IMG/VR virus record: IMGVR_UViG_3300034062_005355
From: a virus
Lineage: Duplodnaviria; Caudoviricetes
Direction: 5' to 3' (one strand)
DNA length: 64,000 nt
A model generated the notes under the pieces. It was not told the origin of the DNA. It saw only the letters and a program-made list of their open reading frames with translations, and searched no databases. This document shows positions 1 to 7,950 of this stretch, piece after piece. The position numbers and the translations under genes were made by a program. Every line of letters starts with the position of its first letter. The first letter of the stretch is position 1.

Positions 1-702
1 ATAACATTAGAAACAGGACAAAAATTATGGTTTACATCCGATACTCATTATGGACATACTAATATATGTCGCGGTGTAAGTAAATGGAAGGATTTTAACG
101 GTAATGTACCTATAAAACAAACTCGTGATTTTAAAACATTGTACCACATGAATGATGCTATTGTTGAATCAATCAACAATGTTGTTGGTGAGAATGATAT
201 TTTATTTCACTTGGGTGATTGGTCATTTGGTGGGTTTGAAAATATTGCCGAATTTAGAAACAGAATTGTTTGTAAAAACATCCACTTGATATTAGGTAAT
301 CACGATCATCATATTGAAAATAATAGAGATGATATACAGGACTTATTCAGTTCAGTGAACCAATATCTACGGTTACAAGTATCTGTTTACCCAGGTACTG
401 TATTACATACTGGTAAAGTAGATTTAGTATTAATGCATTATCCAATCGCAAGTTGGCACAACATGAATGATAATGTTATACATTTACACGGACACGTTCA
501 TTTACCTCCAAATAAAAAATTGGCACAAGGTAAAGCTATGGATGTTGGAGTTGATGGAAATGGTTTGATACCTTATTCATTAAATGAAATAACCAGAATA
601 ATGGATAAGCAACCTATCACTAAATTATCTTTACCTCAAGACCACCACGAGGAAAGAATAGAAGGTAATGGTGGAAATAAAAAGGGAGGATCAAAATTTT
701 AA
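1..702 (+). CDS. calcineurin-like metallophosphoesterase (5' end outside the window)
   Basis: Frame 1 is open from base 1 (ITLETGQKLWFTSDTHYGH...). Motifs DxH, GD, GNHD and HGHVH are present. Confidence 0.9.
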   Translation: MTLETGQKLWFTSDTHYGHTNICRGVSKWKDFNGNVPIKQTRDFKTLYHMNDAIVESINNVVGENDILFHLGDWSFGGFENIAEFRNRIVCKNIHLILGNHDHHIENNRDDIQDLFSSVNQYLRLQVSVYPGTVLHTGKVDLVLMHYPIASWHNMNDNVIHLHGHVHLPPNKKLAQGKAMDVGVDGNGLIPYSLNEITRIMDKQPITKLSLPQDHHEERIEGNGGNKKGGSKF

Positions 703-704
703 CT

Positions 705-896
705 ATGAAAAAAGACAATATTATTATCGACTATTATGTTGATTTGAAATCATTAGATTGGATGAAAGACTTATTTAGACAAAATAACTATAGTGCTATT
801 GATGAACTTGAGTTATGGAATTCATTATTAAATGTTCCAAAGGAAAACTTACCTGGACGTGCACCATCTTTAAACTATAATCAAAACGGAATATGA
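705..896 (+). CDS. hypothetical protein
   Basis: ATG ORF tightly packed between neighbouring genes. Confidence 0.6.
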   Translation: MKKDNIIIDYYVDLKSLDWMKDLFRQNNYSAIDELELWNSLLNVPKENLPGRAPSLNYNQNGI

Positions 897-1075
897 ATAA
901 CTATAAAGTAATTGAAGCACAATATATTCTTAGATTGGAAAAGGAAGTTAATGATCATCTTAAAGATGGATGGTTATTATCAGGAGGTGTTAATACCACG
1001 ACAGTCGTTAAACCAACTTTTAATGGTATAGAGTCTTGGATTACGTACTCACAAGCCATTTATAAAATTAACTAA
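893..1075 (+). CDS. small protein resembling DUF1737
   Basis: LEKEVNDHLKDGWLLSGG...YSQAI pattern; ATGA overlap with the upstream gene. Confidence 0.6.
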   Translation: MNNYKVIEAQYILRLEKEVNDHLKDGWLLSGGVNTTTVVKPTFNGIESWITYSQAIYKIN

Positions 1076-1076
1076 T

Positions 1077-1439
1077 ATGAATAGAGAATTCGCACCTTAC
1101 GAACCATCATTAAATTTAAAAGAATTGGGATTTGATGAACCTTGTTTTGGGTATTATTTATGTAAAAATTCTGCATTTGGTGTTGAATTAGAATTAACAA
1201 CAAATTGGATTGATTTACTACCTTATGATTCATCAAGTTGTAAAGCACCACTTTACCAACAAGCATTTAGATGGTTTAGAGAGAAGTATGGTTACTTACC
1301 TAATATCCATGATTTTAATGGAAATTTTAAAGCTACTTTAAGTGGTAATTGTAATTGGTTAGGAAGTTGGACAAAAACTTACGAAGAAGCAGAACTTGCT
1401 TGTCTTAAAAAATTAATTGAAATAGTAAAAAATAAATAA
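1077..1439 (+). CDS. tandem paralogue 1 of 3, unknown function
   Basis: Shared blocks MNxEFxPYE..LKELGFDEPC / APLYxQAFRWFREKY / TYEEAELACL. Confidence 0.85.
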   Translation: MNREFAPYEPSLNLKELGFDEPCFGYYLCKNSAFGVELELTTNWIDLLPYDSSSCKAPLYQQAFRWFREKYGYLPNIHDFNGNFKATLSGNCNWLGSWTKTYEEAELACLKKLIEIVKNK

Positions 1440-1440
1440 T

Positions 1441-1857
1441 ATGAATAAAGAATTTGTACCTTACGAACCATCATTAGCTTTAAAAGAATTAGGATTTGAT
1501 GAACCTTGTTTTGCCAATTATACTGTTATTCCTGAAGACAAAATAAATTGGTTTACTATCCCTGAACAAGGTATTACCGATAAAACTAGTTTTGGTTCAA
1601 GTAAGAATTACAACAGTAAATCTTTTGAAGAAGAAGGTACTATTTCAGCACCACTTTACTCACAAGCATTTAGATGGTTTAGAGAGAAGTATGATTTATT
1701 TGGAGTTGTAGAAGGAAAAGGATATGACTACAAAAGATATTACGTTTATAGTATTAATGGTAAATGGCATCCATCTCGACCTGGGTTAGATACATACGAA
1801 GAAGCAGAACTCGCTTGTTTAATTAAATTAATAGAAATAGTAAAAAATAATGAATAA
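1441..1857 (+). CDS. tandem paralogue 2 of 3, unknown function
   Basis: Same three conserved blocks. Confidence 0.85.
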   Translation: MNKEFVPYEPSLALKELGFDEPCFANYTVIPEDKINWFTIPEQGITDKTSFGSSKNYNSKSFEEEGTISAPLYSQAFRWFREKYDLFGVVEGKGYDYKRYYVYSINGKWHPSRPGLDTYEEAELACLIKLIEIVKNNE

Positions 1858-2224
1858 AGAATTTGTACCTTACGAAGAGTCGTTAGCTTTAAAAGAATTA
1901 GGATTTGATGAACCTTGTTTAGCACATTGGTATAATGAAACACCAACAAACTCAGAAGGTCAGTGTCTTGTTTATTATAAAAAACCTTGGGATAATCAAA
2001 AGATTATAAACGGAGTTATTAGAGACTATTATTTTGCACCAACCTACTCCCAAGCATTTAGATTTTTTAGAGAGAAGTATAACGCTCATATATACCCACA
2101 AAAGTTTACAGATAATACTTGGTATGTTAGTTGGGCAGATTGGGAAAGTCCTGTATTTGAAACCTACGAAGAAGCAGAACTTGCTTGTTTAATTAAATTA
2201 ATAGAAATTGTAAAAAATAAATAA
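1850..2224 (+). CDS. tandem paralogue 3 of 3, unknown function
   Basis: Same three conserved blocks. Confidence 0.85.
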   Translation: MNKEFVPYEESLALKELGFDEPCLAHWYNETPTNSEGQCLVYYKKPWDNQKIINGVIRDYYFAPTYSQAFRFFREKYNAHIYPQKFTDNTWYVSWADWESPVFETYEEAELACLIKLIEIVKNK

Positions 2225-2225
2225 T

Positions 2226-2633
2226 ATGAAAAAAATATATCTAGATGATGTTAGAACACCTGTGGACCCAAGTTGGGTGGTTGTTAGAAATTACGAGCAA
2301 TTTGTAGATAAAATTAATGAAATTGGTTTAGAGAATATTGAATTGATTTCATTAGATCATGACTTGGGTGATAGTGCCATGGTAGAATGGTATAATAATG
2401 TTTATCACAATTATGAATTGAATTATGATAACATCACCGAAAAAACTGGAATGGATTGTACCAAATGGTTAGTGGAACAATGGATGGATGGTAAACCAGT
2501 TGTAGATGTTGTTATTCATTCCGCAAATGCTATTGGTAGTGGTAATATGATGGGTTATATTAACAATTACAGACACATTAATAGATTACCACAAAATTGT
2601 GTTAGAGTTCAAATTGATCACACAGTTTACTAA
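2226..2633 (+). CDS. cyclic-phosphate-processing receiver-domain protein
   Basis: IYLDDVRTP, ISLDHDLG, GMDCTKWL and IHSAN motifs characteristic of this receiver-fold family. Confidence 0.75.
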   Translation: MKKIYLDDVRTPVDPSWVVVRNYEQFVDKINEIGLENIELISLDHDLGDSAMVEWYNNVYHNYELNYDNITEKTGMDCTKWLVEQWMDGKPVVDVVIHSANAIGSGNMMGYINNYRHINRLPQNCVRVQIDHTVY

Positions 2634-2667
2634 ATAATCTTTTTTTTGGAATTGTAATTTTTATGTA

Positions 2668-2675
2668 TATCTTTG
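2668..2675 (+). promoter_or_regulatory. Bacteroidota-type -7 promoter element TATCTTTG
   Basis: Matches TAnnTTTG. Similar sites at 3855, 4654, 8191, 14397 and 25547 (+), and 21299, 23659 and 28809 (-), all upstream of genes. Confidence 0.7.
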
Positions 2676-2696
2676 TAGTGTTAAAAAAATACGATT

Positions 2697-2894
2697 ATGA
2701 AAAACAACCCAACAATCAAAATACCTCAAAATGCGTCTGAAATGATGTTAACCACGAATGATGACATTATTCAATCAATACCACCTGATGATGAGTTCTC
2801 AGAGTGGGATGTAACCTTAATGGATGGTTTAGAAAACGAACCACCGTACAACCTTACAGATGATTGGGATAACATCAACGGAGATTTGGTGTAA
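2697..2894 (+). CDS. acidic hypothetical protein
   Basis: ATG ORF directly downstream of a TAnnTTTG site. Confidence 0.6.
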   Translation: MKNNPTIKIPQNASEMMLTTNDDIIQSIPPDDEFSEWDVTLMDGLENEPPYNLTDDWDNINGDLV

Positions 2895-2910
2895 TTCTAA
2901 ACATCCTAAT

Positions 2911-2984
2911 GGACCCTTAGCTCAGATGGTCAGAGCGGCGCGCTCATAACGCGAAGGCCGCAGGTTCAAGTCCTGCAGGGTCCA
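2911..2984 (+). tRNA. tRNA with CAT anticodon, probably Ile2
   Basis: Cloverleaf GGACCCT/AGGGTCC with loop CT-CAT-AA. G1-C72 argues against initiator; C4-G69 and overall similarity fit Ile2. Confidence 0.85.
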
Positions 2985-3007
2985 CAAACAAATAAAAATA
3001 AACTATT

Positions 3008-3175
3008 ATGCAACTAATATTTAACATTATCGTAACAATTTTATTTTTCTTACTTAGTATTATGTGGGGGAAAAAAAGTCTTTTAGACGTTTCAGTTAAA
3101 ACCTTACTATTTGGGTTATCTATTTACGGATTAATTTTAGTTATGTCGCATTTTGGTTATATCATAAAACAATAA
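3008..3175 (+). CDS. small membrane protein (55 aa)
   Basis: Translated by hand (MQLIFNIIVTILFFLLSIMW...); two hydrophobic segments. Confidence 0.6.
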   Translation: MQLIFNIIVTILFFLLSIMWGKKSLLDVSVKTLLFGLSIYGLILVMSHFGYIIKQ

Positions 3176-3178
3176 TTT

Positions 3179-3454
3179 ATGTACAGCGGAAAAATAATAA
3201 AACAATTTTCGGTAGGGTTATTAACAATAATAATATCAGGTTGCAACTTTGATATGAACAAAAAACCTGAACCAAATACGGTATCACAACCTGTTGAAAT
3301 TAAACAACTTGGTACATCTACAGAACCATATGATAGATATTATCAAATTTACACTTTAGAAGGATGTGAATATATTGTGGTAGATTTTGGAAACAATAAA
3401 TGGGGAACCCACAAGGGAAATTGTAAGAATCCAATTCACAATAAGACAAAATAA
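3179..3454 (+). CDS. putative lipoprotein
   Basis: Hydrophobic N-terminus ending in IISGC (lipobox-like). Confidence 0.55.
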   Translation: MYSGKIIKQFSVGLLTIIISGCNFDMNKKPEPNTVSQPVEIKQLGTSTEPYDRYYQIYTLEGCEYIVVDFGNNKWGTHKGNCKNPIHNKTK

Positions 3455-3457
3455 TTT

Positions 3458-3844
3458 ATGAAAATAGCGGTTATTGCACACGATGGAAAAAAGGCTGACA
3501 TGGTTGCCTTTGTAATGAAAAGATTGGAATTCTTCAAAAGGGTTGATGTTATTGCAACGGGAACAACAGGAAAACATATTGAACACGCAGGATTAGATGT
3601 TCAATGTATGAAGTCAGGACCACTTGGTGGTGATGCCCAAATTGCGTCAATGATTGCCGATGGTGAAATCTCAGGGGTTGTATTCTTTATTGACCCGTTG
3701 GAAGTTCATCCTCACCAAGTTGATGTAAACATGTTGTTAAGGATTTGTAATGTGTATAACACACCTTTGGCAACAAACTACATGACCGCATCATATATTA
3801 TTTCAGGTTTGGAAAAAAAGTTGAACCAGGAGTTGGCAAGTTAG
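3458..3844 (+). CDS. mgsA: methylglyoxal synthase
   Basis: IAHDGKK, ATGTTG, SGPLGGDAQI, FFIDPL, HQVDV and PLATN motifs. Confidence 0.95.
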   Translation: MKIAVIAHDGKKADMVAFVMKRLEFFKRVDVIATGTTGKHIEHAGLDVQCMKSGPLGGDAQIASMIADGEISGVVFFIDPLEVHPHQVDVNMLLRICNVYNTPLATNYMTASYIISGLEKKLNQELAS

Positions 3845-3882
3845 AAAAAAGTATTATCTTTGTATTACCAATTTTAATAACT

Positions 3883-4182
3883 ATGATAAACAATACAACA
3901 AAATTAGCAAAACTAACAAGTTTTTATGATACCACACTCAAAGCAACACCAAATCAACTAGTTGAAATATTAGGTGAAATGACCCATAAAGGATCTGGCG
4001 ACGGAAAGGTGTCAATGGAATGGGTTAGAGAAATGGGTGAAGAAGAAATAATTACAATATATGATTGGAAATATTATCGCAATATTGAGATGGATGAAGA
4101 AATTGAATGGCACATTGGAGGATATAATAAAGCCACTACCGAATTAGCAAAAGAAAAAATTTTAACACTTTTAAATAAATAA
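3883..4182 (+). CDS. hypothetical phage protein
   Basis: ATG ORF after a TAnnTTTG site at 3855. Confidence 0.7.
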   Translation: MINNTTKLAKLTSFYDTTLKATPNQLVEILGEMTHKGSGDGKVSMEWVREMGEEEIITIYDWKYYRNIEMDEEIEWHIGGYNKATTELAKEKILTLLNK

Positions 4183-4186
4183 ACAT

Positions 4187-4444
4187 ATGCCAGAATTTGA
4201 CACATACGTAGATGTTGATGTAGATGACTATATATCAGCATGTAGTAAACGAGAAATTGATGAACTTATTGACGCATTAATTGAGGATGGACATATTAGT
4301 CCAAGCGCAGCAAAACTACCCAATCATCTTGGGTTTTTAGAAAGTCTTTTCTTTGAAAAAATGGAAAAGTTAAAAGAAAAATATTATCGTCTTTCAAAAG
4401 AAGATGAAAGTATTTTGGAAGATTTATTTAAAAAATACTTATAA
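4187..4444 (+). CDS. hypothetical protein
   Basis: ATG ORF in operon arrangement. Confidence 0.7.
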   Translation: MPEFDTYVDVDVDDYISACSKREIDELIDALIEDGHISPSAAKLPNHLGFLESLFFEKMEKLKEKYYRLSKEDESILEDLFKKYL

Positions 4445-4486
4445 GAATTGACTTTTAGGGTTTTTGACTATATTTATAAAAACATT

Positions 4487-4576
4487 ATGAAAAATTTGAA
4501 CACATTTAATAGAACAGAACCAACACCGGCAAACGACGGATTAGGTAATCTATGCTTATGTTCAGATCTTAAATAA
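4487..4576 (+). CDS. putative leader peptide 1 (29 aa, MKNLNTFNRTEPTPANDGLGNLCLCSDLK)
   Basis: Short ORF whose 3' end contains ATGTTCAG, complementary to the downstream terminator arm. Confidence 0.5.
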   Translation: MKNLNTFNRTEPTPANDGLGNLCLCSDLK

Positions 4577-4600
4577 TGGAATAATAAAAAGCCAAATTTA

Positions 4601-4637
4601 AAAACCCTGAACATAAAAAGTTCGGGGTTTTTTGTTT
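4601..4637 (+). terminator. intrinsic terminator with alternative antiterminator pairing
   Basis: AAAACCCTGAAC / GTTCGGGGTTTT hairpin followed by a U tract. Confidence 0.75.
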
Positions 4638-4688
4638 TATAAGGTTTTTTGATTATCTTTGTAGTGTTCTTTGAAATATGGAAAATAT

Positions 4689-4761
4689 AGAGTAGTTGAC
4701 TAATTGGTAGGTCCCTTATTTTGGGGGTAAGTGCGTGCAAGTTCGAGTCTTGCCTACTCTA
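4689..4761 (+). tRNA. tRNA-Pro(TGG)
   Basis: Acceptor AGAGTAG/CTACTCT; anticodon arm CTTAT-TTTGGGG-GTAAG; TTCGAGT T loop. Atypical A1-U72 pair. Confidence 0.8.
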
Positions 4762-4767
4762 CATAAT

Positions 4768-4842
4768 GTCTCTTTAGCTCAGTTGGTTTAGAGCAATTGT
4801 TTGTTAAACAATAGGTCACAGGTTCAAGTCCTGTAGGGGACG
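4768..4842 (+). tRNA. tRNA-Asn(GTT)
   Basis: Cloverleaf; ATTGT-TTGTTAA-ACAAT; G73. Confidence 0.9.
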
Positions 4843-4921
4843 CAAATGTGTCTCGGTCCGCTCTGACGAAAGTCAACGACGAGGTCTCGGTGGACATAAC
4901 GCGTCTGATTCCACCCAAAAT

Positions 4922-4993
4922 GCGAGTATAGTATAGTGGTTATTATGCCTTCCTTCCAAGTAGGATACGCCGTTTCGATTACGGCTACTCGCT
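4922..4993 (+). tRNA. tRNA-Gly(TCC)
   Basis: GCGAGTA/TACTCGC; loop CTTCCAA; U73. Confidence 0.9.
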
Positions 4994-5008
4994 CTGAGTC
5001 GGTTTTTG

Positions 5009-5040
5009 TTCCTTTTCTTGGTATTTATTGAGAAAAGGAA
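5009..5040 (+). promoter_or_regulatory. hairpin over the endonuclease initiation region with TATTTAT in its loop
   Basis: TTCCTTTTCT (5009-5018) pairs with AGAAAAGGAA (5031-5040); ATG at 5044. Confidence 0.65.
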
Positions 5041-5043
5041 TTT

Positions 5044-5724
5044 ATGCCAAGAAAACAACACAAATATCATTACATTTATAAGACAACAAATATTATAAAT
5101 GGAAAATTTTACATTGGGATGCACTCAACCAGTAATTTAGAAGACGGTTATATGGGTAGTGGTGAAAGAATAACAAGAAGTTTAAAAAAATATGGTAAAG
5201 AAAATTTTAAAATTGAGATTTTAGAAATGTTACCAAATAGAGATTTATTAAAAAAAAGAGAGAAAGAAATTGTAAACCAAACATTATTAGAAGATAAATT
5301 ATGTATAAATTTAGTTTATGGTGGGGGTGGAGGTTTTATAAGTCCTGAAGGTGTTAAAAAAGGTAGAAAAACAACTGATAAAATATTACAAGAAAGATAT
5401 GGTGATAATTTTTTAAGTGTGATTTTCAAAAATTATTATAAAACGGTGACACCTGAAAAAAGAAAAATACAACTTGAAAAAATAAAACAAAGTAAGATTG
5501 ATTCTGGTTTTGATTTTGGTGGTACTTTTAGAGGAAAAACCCACAAAGATGAAACAAAAAAAATAATTGGTGAAAAAAATGCAATACATCAAAAAGGTGA
5601 AAAAAATTCACAATTTGGTACTTGTTGGATAACAAATGGAAAAGAAACTAAAAAAATTAAAAAAATTGACTTATATTTGTATCCTGAATGGGAATTAGGT
5701 AGAACTATAAAAAAGACGATATAA
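5044..5724 (+). CDS. free-standing GIY-YIG homing endonuclease
   Basis: YIYKTTNIINGKFYIGMH, GYMGSG and a NUMOD3-like GKTHKDETKKII segment. Confidence 0.9.
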   Translation: MPRKQHKYHYIYKTTNIINGKFYIGMHSTSNLEDGYMGSGERITRSLKKYGKENFKIEILEMLPNRDLLKKREKEIVNQTLLEDKLCINLVYGGGGGFISPEGVKKGRKTTDKILQERYGDNFLSVIFKNYYKTVTPEKRKIQLEKIKQSKIDSGFDFGGTFRGKTHKDETKKIIGEKNAIHQKGEKNSQFGTCWITNGKETKKIKKIDLYLYPEWELGRTIKKTI

Positions 5725-5768
5725 AATAAATTGGAATAAAGTTGGTTCGAAACCGACTATCGTCTCAC
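5715..5768 (+). ncRNA. minimal tRNA-like structure (acceptor stem and T arm only)
   Basis: GACGATA/TATCGTC acceptor and GTTGG-TTCGAAA-CCGAC T arm; no D or anticodon arm. Confidence 0.5.
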
Positions 5769-5769
5769 T

Positions 5770-6058
5770 GAGTAAGAGATACTCATAAGATTTGACACCT
5801 TTGCTTTAAAATGGTGTAGTTGTCGCCCACCACGACTTTAGAGGAGGGGGTCATGGGAATAAAGGATACTGGCATGTTTCCTCCCAGTAATGCTGATTTA
5901 TATTTTCATGTGGTAAGACACTAATGCGTTTGTTTTTAAGAAAACTAAACCGTTAAAATCTACTTATCCGCAATCTCAGGATGGGGAGCCAACCAAGCTA
6001 AACTACGATACGGGTTAATACCTGTGGGTTAGGGGTGACGGTCAGGAAAGACTGACAA
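5770..6058 (+). ncRNA. candidate structured ncRNA(s)
   Basis: ORF-free and GC-enriched, with hairpins TGAGTA/TACTCA, ACACC/GGTGT, AGTTGT/ACGACT, TACTGG/CCAGTA and GTCAG/CTGAC. Confidence 0.45.
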
Positions 6059-6062
6059 TTTT

Positions 6063-6135
6063 GGTCTCATGGTTGAATGGTTACAATTCCACCCTGTCAC
6101 GGTGCGAGATACGGGTTCGAATCCCGTTGAGACCG
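6063..6135 (+). tRNA. tRNA-Asp(GTC)
   Basis: GGTCTCA/TGAGACC; loop CTGTCAC; G73. Confidence 0.92.
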
Positions 6136-6141
6136 CAAAAA

Positions 6142-6215
6142 GCCTCCTTAGCTCAGCTGGCTAGAGCAACTGATTTGTAATCAGTAGGTCGTTGGTTCGA
6201 ATCCGACAGGAGGCT
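6142..6215 (+). tRNA. tRNA-Thr(TGT)
   Basis: GCCTCCT/AGGAGGC; ACTGA-TTTGTAA-TCAGT. Confidence 0.95.
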
Positions 6216-6246
6216 CATTTTTAATTTTAAAATAAACAAAAATTGT

Positions 6247-6354
6247 ATGAAAAAACTAAAAGAAATTTCGGGAAAAGATGTGATAGTTATTCTTGTATTT
6301 ATTGCGTGGGTTGTTGGAATGGTTTATATATTATCTAATACAAAAATCGTATAG
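6247..6354 (+). CDS. 35-aa single-pass membrane peptide
   Basis: MKKLKEISGKDVIVILVFIAWVVGMVYILSNTKIV, translated by hand. Confidence 0.5.
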   Translation: MKKLKEISGKDVIVILVFIAWVVGMVYILSNTKIV

Positions 6355-6362
6355 TAAACAAT

Positions 6363-6436
6363 GGGGATGTAGCTCAGTTGGCTAGAGCGCTTGATTTGCA
6401 TTCAAGAAGTCGTGGGTTCGAGTCCCTCCTTCTCCA
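6363..6436 (+). tRNA. tRNA-Ala(TGC)
   Basis: G3:U70 pair; CTTGA-TTTGCAT-TCAAG. Confidence 0.9.
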
Positions 6437-6454
6437 CAAATAAATAAATAAAAT

Positions 6455-6802
6455 ATGGCACATCCTAATATACACGCAAAAAGTTCCGCAAAAAAGTTTG
6501 GTGGGAAACCTGAAGACTACATTCATTTACACGAGTGGTTAGATGAAACCAAAAGTTGGATGGGAGATTCTTTGCATAGAATGTTCAGACATCATAGTGA
6601 GGGTATTTTTGAAATGGAAAAAAAGTTTGGGACAGAATTCATTAATAGTGATGAAAAAATTGTTTACACTCGTTATGTTGGAGAACAACACGTAAAAGAA
6701 GATTGTAACAATTATTTACCATCGGCAAAAGAATGGATGAACAATATTTTAGAAAATAAACGACCTCAATGGATGTTGAGGACACTTAAAATAGAAGATT
6801 GA
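6455..6802 (+). CDS. protein resembling DUF6915
   Basis: MAHPxxHAKSSAKKFGGKPEDY, RHHSEGI and EQHVKED motifs. Confidence 0.65.
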   Translation: MAHPNIHAKSSAKKFGGKPEDYIHLHEWLDETKSWMGDSLHRMFRHHSEGIFEMEKKFGTEFINSDEKIVYTRYVGEQHVKEDCNNYLPSAKEWMNNILENKRPQWMLRTLKIED

Positions 6803-7533
6803 TATTTATTGTTATGATAGAAATTTTAACTTCAGAAGAAAAAAAATACTTAAACAGAACTTGTAACTATCTTGCGTCATTAGGTATGACAGAAGGTCTA
6901 ATTGGTGTTGAAATGGATTCAGACCAATATGACTTATCACATGAAAATATTGATTGGAAATACATTCAACATTTTGATAATAACTATAGAGCAGAACTAC
7001 CTGAAGGATTACTACCAATTCTTAAAAAAGTAATGAATCATGTTATTGATGAGGATTTATATGATTATCCTGATATTGACTCAATGAGTTATCAAAGAAT
7101 TGAGATTGAAATTGATTGTACCCGAAAAGAACTTACAGTAAGTCACAATTATTCATATTATGGTAGAGGAGATGGTAGCTCAGTTGAATATGATTCTGAT
7201 GAAGATAAAGAAAGATTTGATAAGTGGATGGAAGAAGACATGCAAGATGTTGAGGTCCCAAGTGATGGTATTTTAACTTTAAGTTACAATGGCGGTGGAG
7301 ATTCTGGTTATATTGAAAGTTCATTTGACGAAGTCTTGGATGCGGTTCCTGCATCAATTGAAAATTGGTGTTATAGTCAACTTGAAAGTCATTTCGGTGG
7401 TTGGGAAATCAACGAAGGTTCTGACGGACGATTCATCTTTAATTTCAACAATTCAACCGTTGATTTAGACCATACTTACAACACAGAAGAAAGTGAATCA
7501 AATACTTTGTTTGAGGTTAACTTTTCAATATAA
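6799..7533 (+). CDS. acidic protein resembling DUF6878
   Basis: YNGGGDSG and GWEINEGSDG motifs; adjacent to the DUF6915-like gene. Confidence 0.55.
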   Translation: MIFIVMIEILTSEEKKYLNRTCNYLASLGMTEGLIGVEMDSDQYDLSHENIDWKYIQHFDNNYRAELPEGLLPILKKVMNHVIDEDLYDYPDIDSMSYQRIEIEIDCTRKELTVSHNYSYYGRGDGSSVEYDSDEDKERFDKWMEEDMQDVEVPSDGILTLSYNGGGDSGYIESSFDEVLDAVPASIENWCYSQLESHFGGWEINEGSDGRFIFNFNNSTVDLDHTYNTEESESNTLFEVNFSI

Positions 7534-7587
7534 GTTGTAATCTTTAATTTTATTTCCTAAATTTGTATTAAGAAAGAAACCAAAGTC

Positions 7588-7672
7588 GCCTGGGTGGTGT
7601 AACGGTAGCCACGCTAGACTTAAAATCTAGTGGACATAAACGTCCGTGCGGGTTCAAGTCCCGCCTCAGGTA
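7588..7672 (+). tRNA. tRNA-Leu(TAA)
   Basis: GCCTGGG/CTCAGGT; CTAGA-CTTAAAA-TCTAG; long variable arm. Confidence 0.92.
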
Positions 7673-7679
7673 CAAATAT

Positions 7680-7753
7680 GGTCTCATAGCTCAGATGGAT
7701 AGAGCAACGGTTTTCTAAACCGTAGGTCGTAGGTTCGAATCCTACTGGGACTA
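7680..7753 (+). tRNA. tRNA-Arg(TCT)
   Basis: ACGGT-TTTCTAA-ACCGT within a cloverleaf. Confidence 0.92.
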
Positions 7754-7855
7754 CAAAATCATTATCGTACCTTAGTGAGATACGACGCAATTTATACACT
7801 TAAACAACACGGGAGGGGCGTCTTTCCCGATGTGGCTGAAGCGATAATGATATTT

Positions 7856-7939
7856 GCCCCGATGGTGGAATGGTAGACACTCAAGTTTTAGGAACTTGTG
7901 TCGTAAGACGTGTCGGTTCGAGTCCGACTTGGGGTACCA
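7856..7939 (+). tRNA. tRNA-Leu(TAG), CCA encoded
   Basis: CAAGT-TTTAGGA-ACTTG; long variable arm; ends ACCA. Confidence 0.92.
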
Positions 7940-7950
7940 AAAAAAAATAT

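Noticed and set aside
1077-2224. Diversity-generating retroelement
   Set aside because: Differences are whole-segment replacements rather than adenine-specific substitutions, and no reverse transcriptase is seen.
4864-4900. Hammerhead ribozyme (CTGACGA core)
   Set aside because: The GAAA is used as a tetraloop directly after the motif, and no stem II-GAAA-stem III arrangement follows.
4994-5770. Group I intron housing the GIY-YIG gene
   Set aside because: No P7/R/S core sequences are recognisable and the flanks are not halves of an interrupted gene.
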